Shown here: piece by piece, positions 34,132 to 38,384 of the stretch
Layout of the letters: each line of letters opens with the position of its first letter
How positions within the stretch are numbered: the first letter of the stretch is position 1
NCBI GenBank assembly: GCA_029559515.1
Contig: JAKQBO010000009.1
Location: 1 to 38,384 of the forward strand
Source: a bacterium
Lineage (GTDB): Bacteria > Patescibacteriota > Minisyncoccia > Minisyncoccales > UBA1441
DNA length: 38,384 nt
Reading direction: 5' to 3'
Notes under the pieces: generated by a model
Databases searched by the model: none
Seen by the model: the letters and a program-made list of their open reading frames with translations, nothing else
What the model was told of the DNA's origin: nothing
Translations under genes and position numbers: made by a program

Positions 34132-35005
34132 TTTAAATTTTGGCCAAGCCAGCCTGGCGGTAGTTGACGGCAATGCCGTTATTCACCGGGCTTTTCACGC
34201 TTTGCCGCCTCTAACAAACAAACAAAACCAGCCAGTGGGAGCAGTGTACGGGTTTTTTCGGGTTCTTTTTAAGATTATTCGGGAGTACCAGCCGACTCAC
34301 TTAGCGGTGGCCTTTGACTCGCCCGGGCCGACTTTTCGCCACCAGGCTTTTCCGGAATATAAGGCAACCAGGATTAAAGCTCCGAAAGAGCTTTATCAGC
34401 AGATTCCGGTAATTAAAAAAATTCTTAAATCAATGCAAGTTCCAGTTCTAGAAAAAGAGGGACTAGAGGCGGACGACTTAATCGGTTCCTTAGTTAAAGG
34501 GGTCGACAGCCAGGTCGGCAAGCTCATCGTCAGCGGGGACTCTGATCTGCTTCAATTGGTTGATAAAAACACTAAAGTGGCTCTCTTGCGACAAGGGGTC
34601 AGCCAGTATCAAGTTTTGGGTTTGTCCGAGGTTAAAGACAAATATCAGGGGCTTGCGCCAGAGCAACTGATTGAGCTAAAGGGGTTGAAAGGTGATTCTT
34701 CGGACAATATTCCCGGGGTTCCTGGGGTGGGTGATAAAACTGGTCGAGGGCTCATTAAACGCTTTGGCTCGCTGGAAGATATTTATCGTCACCTAGAAGA
34801 GATTCCTCTGGGCCTCAGGAAAAAGCTGACTGAAAATAAGGAACAGGCTTTTCTGAGTCGCGATTTGGGCCGCATAAAAAACGACGCTCCTGTGCCTTTA
34901 GAATTAGAAAAATATCGAATAAAAAGCTATAATAAAAAAGAAGCCATTAAATTATTAGATCAAATGGGCCTGAAAGTTCTGGCTCGAGATTTAAGCAGAA
35001 CATGA
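34115..35005 (+). CDS. Stand-alone 5'-3' exonuclease / flap endonuclease (PolA N-terminal-like)
   Basis: DGNAVIHRAFHA, AFD, YKATR, EADDLIG, SGDSDLLQL, GDSSDNIPGVPGVGDKT; ends at 296 aa with no polymerase domain. Confidence 0.9.
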   Translation: MENQLDLNFGQASLAVVDGNAVIHRAFHALPPLTNKQNQPVGAVYGFFRVLFKIIREYQPTHLAVAFDSPGPTFRHQAFPEYKATRIKAPKELYQQIPVIKKILKSMQVPVLEKEGLEADDLIGSLVKGVDSQVGKLIVSGDSDLLQLVDKNTKVALLRQGVSQYQVLGLSEVKDKYQGLAPEQLIELKGLKGDSSDNIPGVPGVGDKTGRGLIKRFGSLEDIYRHLEEIPLGLRKKLTENKEQAFLSRDLGRIKNDAPVPLELEKYRIKSYNKKEAIKLLDQMGLKVLARDLSRT

Positions 35006-35856
35006 AGAATATCTTTGCCTCGGAATTAGTTCGGGATAGAGAATTTCAGAAATTTTTAGGGAAAGAAAAGTTTTCTTTCATCAACTTCTTTTTTATTTAC
35101 ATCGGAGCTTTAGTTACCTGTTTTCTTCTGAGCACATATCTTGATGTTCTTAAGTTTTCTCCTCTGTTCAGCTTTGGAAATCTGCTGTTGTTCTGGGCAG
35201 CTTGGCTAGTGATTAACTTCCCCCTAGCCTATCGTCCCGGATTTGAACGCTTGGTGCTTTGGACGAATAACCTATTTTTAACCTTTCTCTTTTTCTACTT
35301 AGTTTTTCTTTCTCCAGCCGAATGGGTATTAATTCTTCTGCCTTACTTGGTTTTTGGCCTGCTTTTGATTAACTTTATTCAAGCCAACTTTTTTCCTGTT
35401 GCTGACTCACTGGCCTCGGCCTTTATCGGCTTAATCGGGCTTATTTATTTCTATTTTAATCACCAGATTATCTTTCAAGCCGACCCTTCAGCTCTGTTGG
35501 TTTTTCTGTTCATGATTATTCTCTCTCTGGTTGGGACGGCCTTTTTCATTTGGAACAGCGTTCGCACTCAAAAGTTCCTTTATAAAACATATCTTCAAGG
35601 GCGAGAGCTTAAAGAAACGGCGGTTGTTTTAGAGATCAGAATTAAGGCCAAGACTCGGGAGCTACAGGAACAAGCCGAGCTGTTGCGCCAAGAGAATCGG
35701 CTAAAAACAGAAGCGCTCCGAAAAAGAATCGAAGAGCTGGAAAGATTTCGGCGGATGGTTGTCGGTCGAGAGCTGAAGATGGTTCAACTGAAAGAAGAAT
35801 TAGCGCAACAAAAAGAGGCTCTGGAAAAATTAAAGAAGCAAAAGGATGGAGAGTAA
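35002..35856 (+). CDS. Multi-TM membrane protein with C-terminal coiled coil (VGRELKM motif)
   Basis: About 6 TM segments followed by ...LEIRIKAKTRELQE...ELERF...VGRELKMVQLK; overlaps the kinase start. Confidence 0.75.
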   Translation: MKNIFASELVRDREFQKFLGKEKFSFINFFFIYIGALVTCFLLSTYLDVLKFSPLFSFGNLLLFWAAWLVINFPLAYRPGFERLVLWTNNLFLTFLFFYLVFLSPAEWVLILLPYLVFGLLLINFIQANFFPVADSLASAFIGLIGLIYFYFNHQIIFQADPSALLVFLFMIILSLVGTAFFIWNSVRTQKFLYKTYLQGRELKETAVVLEIRIKAKTRELQEQAELLRQENRLKTEALRKRIEELERFRRMVVGRELKMVQLKEELAQQKEALEKLKKQKDGE

Positions 35857-37795
35857 AGAGCTTGCCACCCAGGCCGAGAAGAGGATATTAATTAAGAGAA
35901 TTGAGCAACAGACCAGGTTAAGACAGCTTTTCCTGCCGGTATTTTCGTTGATACTGCTTATTTTGTTGATGTTGGGCCGGGAGACCAACTCCATGCTGTT
36001 AATTGCTCTTTGCGCTGGGTTTATTATTTTTTCTTTTCTGCTGTTCTTTCTGGCGGCCCGCTTTGTTCGGACAACGAAGTCGATTTCGCTGGAACAAATT
36101 AGGCACATTCTCTCGGGAATATTTGTTTTAGAGGTTTTGACAATCTGGTTGACCTTCTACCTTTTTGCTCCGATGGCCGCCGCCTACCAGATCCCCCTGT
36201 CCTACCTGGCTATCATCTGTTACGTCTTTTATATTATTCTCATTGCGCCCTTCTTCCGAGAAGACAATGTTTATCAAAACTTCTTTTATGCTCTGATTTG
36301 GTTCGCTTTGGCGATATTGATTTTCCTTAGTAGCAACTGCCGTTTTCTATTTGACTTTGGAGATAACGTCTGTTTTAGCGAACCAATGACGGAAGGCTTC
36401 TTATTGGTTGTTTCGGGATTAGTGATCTTTATGGTTCAATTTGCTGTCAACCATTTTCAGGAACAGACAAATTGGGTTTCGGACCAGCTAAGAAAAATTA
36501 ATCGAGTTCTGCAAGACAAACTTAAAGAAGAAGGGTATCAGGTAGCTCGCCTCCGGCAGGAACAAAATGCTCTTAAGGCTGAAAATACTCAAAAGCTCAG
36601 AGAAAAAGAGCGTCAGATTAAAGAGCTAAACCAAAAACTCAAGCAGCGGCTGGAAACAGTGGAAATTTCGGATAAAGACGAGGAAGTTTCTCAAATGAAA
36701 GAGACAACAGAAGCTCTGTTAAATATTTTAGAAGACACGGAAGAGGCTCGCCAGCGGGCCGAAGAAGAGAGAGAAAAAACCATGACGATCATTAATAACT
36801 TTGTTGACGCTCTTTTGGTGGTTAATCGCCATGGCTTAGTTGAAATGATTAATACCCGGGCCCGAGAAATATTTGGGTTTAAAGAGTCAGACCAGGGGCG
36901 GTCATTGCTTGAGCTGGGCGAAAACTCAAATCTGAAACCGGCTCTGCCACATATTCTCGATGGCCACCACTTGAGAATGGTTAAAAGGGCCGGCTTTGAA
37001 TTAAAAGAAGGCGTCTTTTTTGAAGTTTCAACGGTGCCGATGTCGAGCTCTAATGAAGGTAGTGATTATCTGGTGGTTTTTCATGACGTTTCTCGAGAAA
37101 AACTGGTTCAGCGTATGAAGACAGAATTTGTCTCAATTGCTGCTCATCAGCTCAGGACGCCACTTTCGGCGATTAAATGGAGCCTGAATATGTTACTAAA
37201 TGGAGACGAAGGCGAACTCAATAGCGGCCAGCTGGCCCTAATGAAAAAAACCTATCGTAGCAACCAACGAATGATTAATCTGGTTAATGACCTACTGAAT
37301 GTTTCCCGGATAGAAGAAGGGCGGTTCCTCTATGAGCTTGAGGAAACCGATCTCAAAGAGATGATCAGAAAAGTTATTGCCACGGCCGAACCGACTGCCC
37401 GGCAAAAGAAGATAAAAATAATCTTCCATTCGGGAAAAAAGAAACTGCCGCTTATTAAGGCCGACCAAGAGAAGCTGTTATTAGCCATCCAAAACGTAGT
37501 TGATAACGCGATCAAATACTCTAACGAGGGCGGAGAGGTTACCATCACCATCACCGCGGAAGACGGCTGGATTATGATTTCAGTCGCCGACCAGGGAATA
37601 GGCATTCCGCGTATCCAGCAACCCCGGGTTTTCCAGCGCTTTTTCCGGGCGAGTAATGCGATGGGCCAAGAACCTGAGGGCACCGGCCTCGGCCTGTTTA
37701 TCACTCAGAACATTATTGAGGCTCATCGGGGCAAGATCTGGTTTAAATCTAAGGAGAATGAGGGAACAACCTTCTACATCAAGCTTCCCTATTGA
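35846..37795 (+). CDS. Membrane-bound PAS sensor histidine kinase
   Basis: TM region, coiled coil, PAS, H-box AAHQLRTPL, N-box NVVDNAIKYS, DQGIGIP, GTGLGL. Confidence 0.95.
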   Translation: MESKELATQAEKRILIKRIEQQTRLRQLFLPVFSLILLILLMLGRETNSMLLIALCAGFIIFSFLLFFLAARFVRTTKSISLEQIRHILSGIFVLEVLTIWLTFYLFAPMAAAYQIPLSYLAIICYVFYIILIAPFFREDNVYQNFFYALIWFALAILIFLSSNCRFLFDFGDNVCFSEPMTEGFLLVVSGLVIFMVQFAVNHFQEQTNWVSDQLRKINRVLQDKLKEEGYQVARLRQEQNALKAENTQKLREKERQIKELNQKLKQRLETVEISDKDEEVSQMKETTEALLNILEDTEEARQRAEEEREKTMTIINNFVDALLVVNRHGLVEMINTRAREIFGFKESDQGRSLLELGENSNLKPALPHILDGHHLRMVKRAGFELKEGVFFEVSTVPMSSSNEGSDYLVVFHDVSREKLVQRMKTEFVSIAAHQLRTPLSAIKWSLNMLLNGDEGELNSGQLALMKKTYRSNQRMINLVNDLLNVSRIEEGRFLYELEETDLKEMIRKVIATAEPTARQKKIKIIFHSGKKKLPLIKADQEKLLLAIQNVVDNAIKYSNEGGEVTITITAEDGWIMISVADQGIGIPRIQQPRVFQRFFRASNAMGQEPEGTGLGLFITQNIIEAHRGKIWFKSKENEGTTFYIKLPY

Positions 37796-37797
37796 AT

Positions 37798-37825
37798 TTG
37801 CAAAGCAGATTTTCCTTGTTATAAT
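37798..37825 (+). promoter_or_regulatory. Promoter TTGCAA...TGtTATAAT for the response regulators
   Basis: Perfect extended -10 at 37817-37825, 11 nt before ATG 37837; TTGCAA lies 16 nt upstream of the -10 hexamer. Confidence 0.6.
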
Positions 37826-37836
37826 TACATTAGTCT

Positions 37837-38211
37837 ATGAAGAAGATCTTAATAATAGAAGACAACGAAGAGATCATGGGTCTTCTCAGTCAGAAGATAT
37901 CGGACGTTGGCTATCAGGTGATTGAGGCCCGAGACGGCGAAGAAGGTCTGAGGTTATTACGATCCGATCAGCCGGATCTGGTTCTGTTAGATATTATTCT
38001 GCCCAATATTGACGGCCTCGAGCTTTTAAAGAGAAAGCAAGCCCTGTCGGAGACGAAGGACATTCCGGTAGTAGTTATCTCTAATTCCGGAGCTCCGGCC
38101 GAAATCAGCCAAGCTCGGCGCTTGGGCGCAGTTGACTGGATTACGAAGACAGAGTTTAGTCTTCAGGAGACGATAGACAAAATAGAAAAAATTATTAAAG
38201 AACCAAGATAA
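37837..38211 (+). CDS. Single-domain response regulator (REC only)
   Basis: ILIIEDN, PDLVLLDIILPNIDG, IPVVVIS, GAVDWITK; no output domain. Confidence 0.93.
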   Translation: MKKILIIEDNEEIMGLLSQKISDVGYQVIEARDGEEGLRLLRSDQPDLVLLDIILPNIDGLELLKRKQALSETKDIPVVVISNSGAPAEISQARRLGAVDWITKTEFSLQETIDKIEKIIKEPR

Positions 38212-38222
38212 TTATCTTTAAA

Positions 38223-38384
38223 ATGCCTAACTCTCCTAAAAAAATACTAATTATCGAAGACGACGTTTTCCTTAATGAGCTGATGGCCAAAAAGCTAGTT
38301 GAAGAGGGCTTTGACGTGATTAAGGCGGTTAACGGCGAAGAAGGGCTAGAGATGGCCCGGCAAGAAAAGCCGGATTTGATTCTA
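38223..38384 (+). CDS. Second response regulator receiver domain (truncated by window end)
   Basis: My translation from ATG 38223: MPNSPKKILIIEDDVFLNELMAKKLVEEGFDVIKAVNGEEGLEMARQEKPDLIL. Confidence 0.88.
   Translation, partial: MPNSPKKILIIEDDVFLNELMAKKLVEEGFDVIKAVNGEEGLEMARQEKPDLIL

Noticed and set aside
382-37925. Other short overlapping ORFs in the track (e.g. 15493-16059, 19787-20044, 20738-21194, 26244-26564, 37330-37704)
   Set aside because: They lie on or opposite well-supported genes and show no recognisable motifs.

Overview
Very compact chromosomal window, most likely from a Patescibacteria (CPR; Parcubacteria/Paceibacteria-like) genome. That assignment is inferred from gene content and gene style; genetic code 11. 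It spans the replication-origin region. In order: tRNA-Ala(CGC), a small CxxC protein, a Cys-less DsbD/CcdA-like membrane protein, a P2A-type ATPase, tRNA-Pro(CGG) and cca; then an RNA-metabolism operon (tRNA-Arg(TCG), tRNA-Lys(CTT), a shortened rpsO, NYN nuclease, pnp, a tail-anchored coiled-coil protein); a LysM-M23 peptidase and rsmA. A ~10.4 kb chromosomal T4SS-like cluster follows (VirB6-like, hypothetical, PrgI, TraC-like, VirB4, membrane protein, and two VirB2-like pilins fused to large extracellular cargo, one with ~50 Cys and one beta/gamma-crystallin-like). Next come jag-yidC-rnpA with no rpmH, dnaA-oriC-dnaN, a minus-strand operon (degenerate DHH, PilB, lamin-tail protein, yebC, ruvC, class A PBP), tsaE, a stand-alone 5'-3' exonuclease and a two-component cluster. 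No CRISPR array, IS, integrase or prophage was seen. The best candidates for undescribed biology are the pilin-cargo fusions of the immobile T4SS, a possible membrane-tethered RNA-decay module, several pseudo-enzymes, a non-canonical phased DnaA-box origin and near-leaderless promoters. All family calls come from manual motif recognition; no searches were run.
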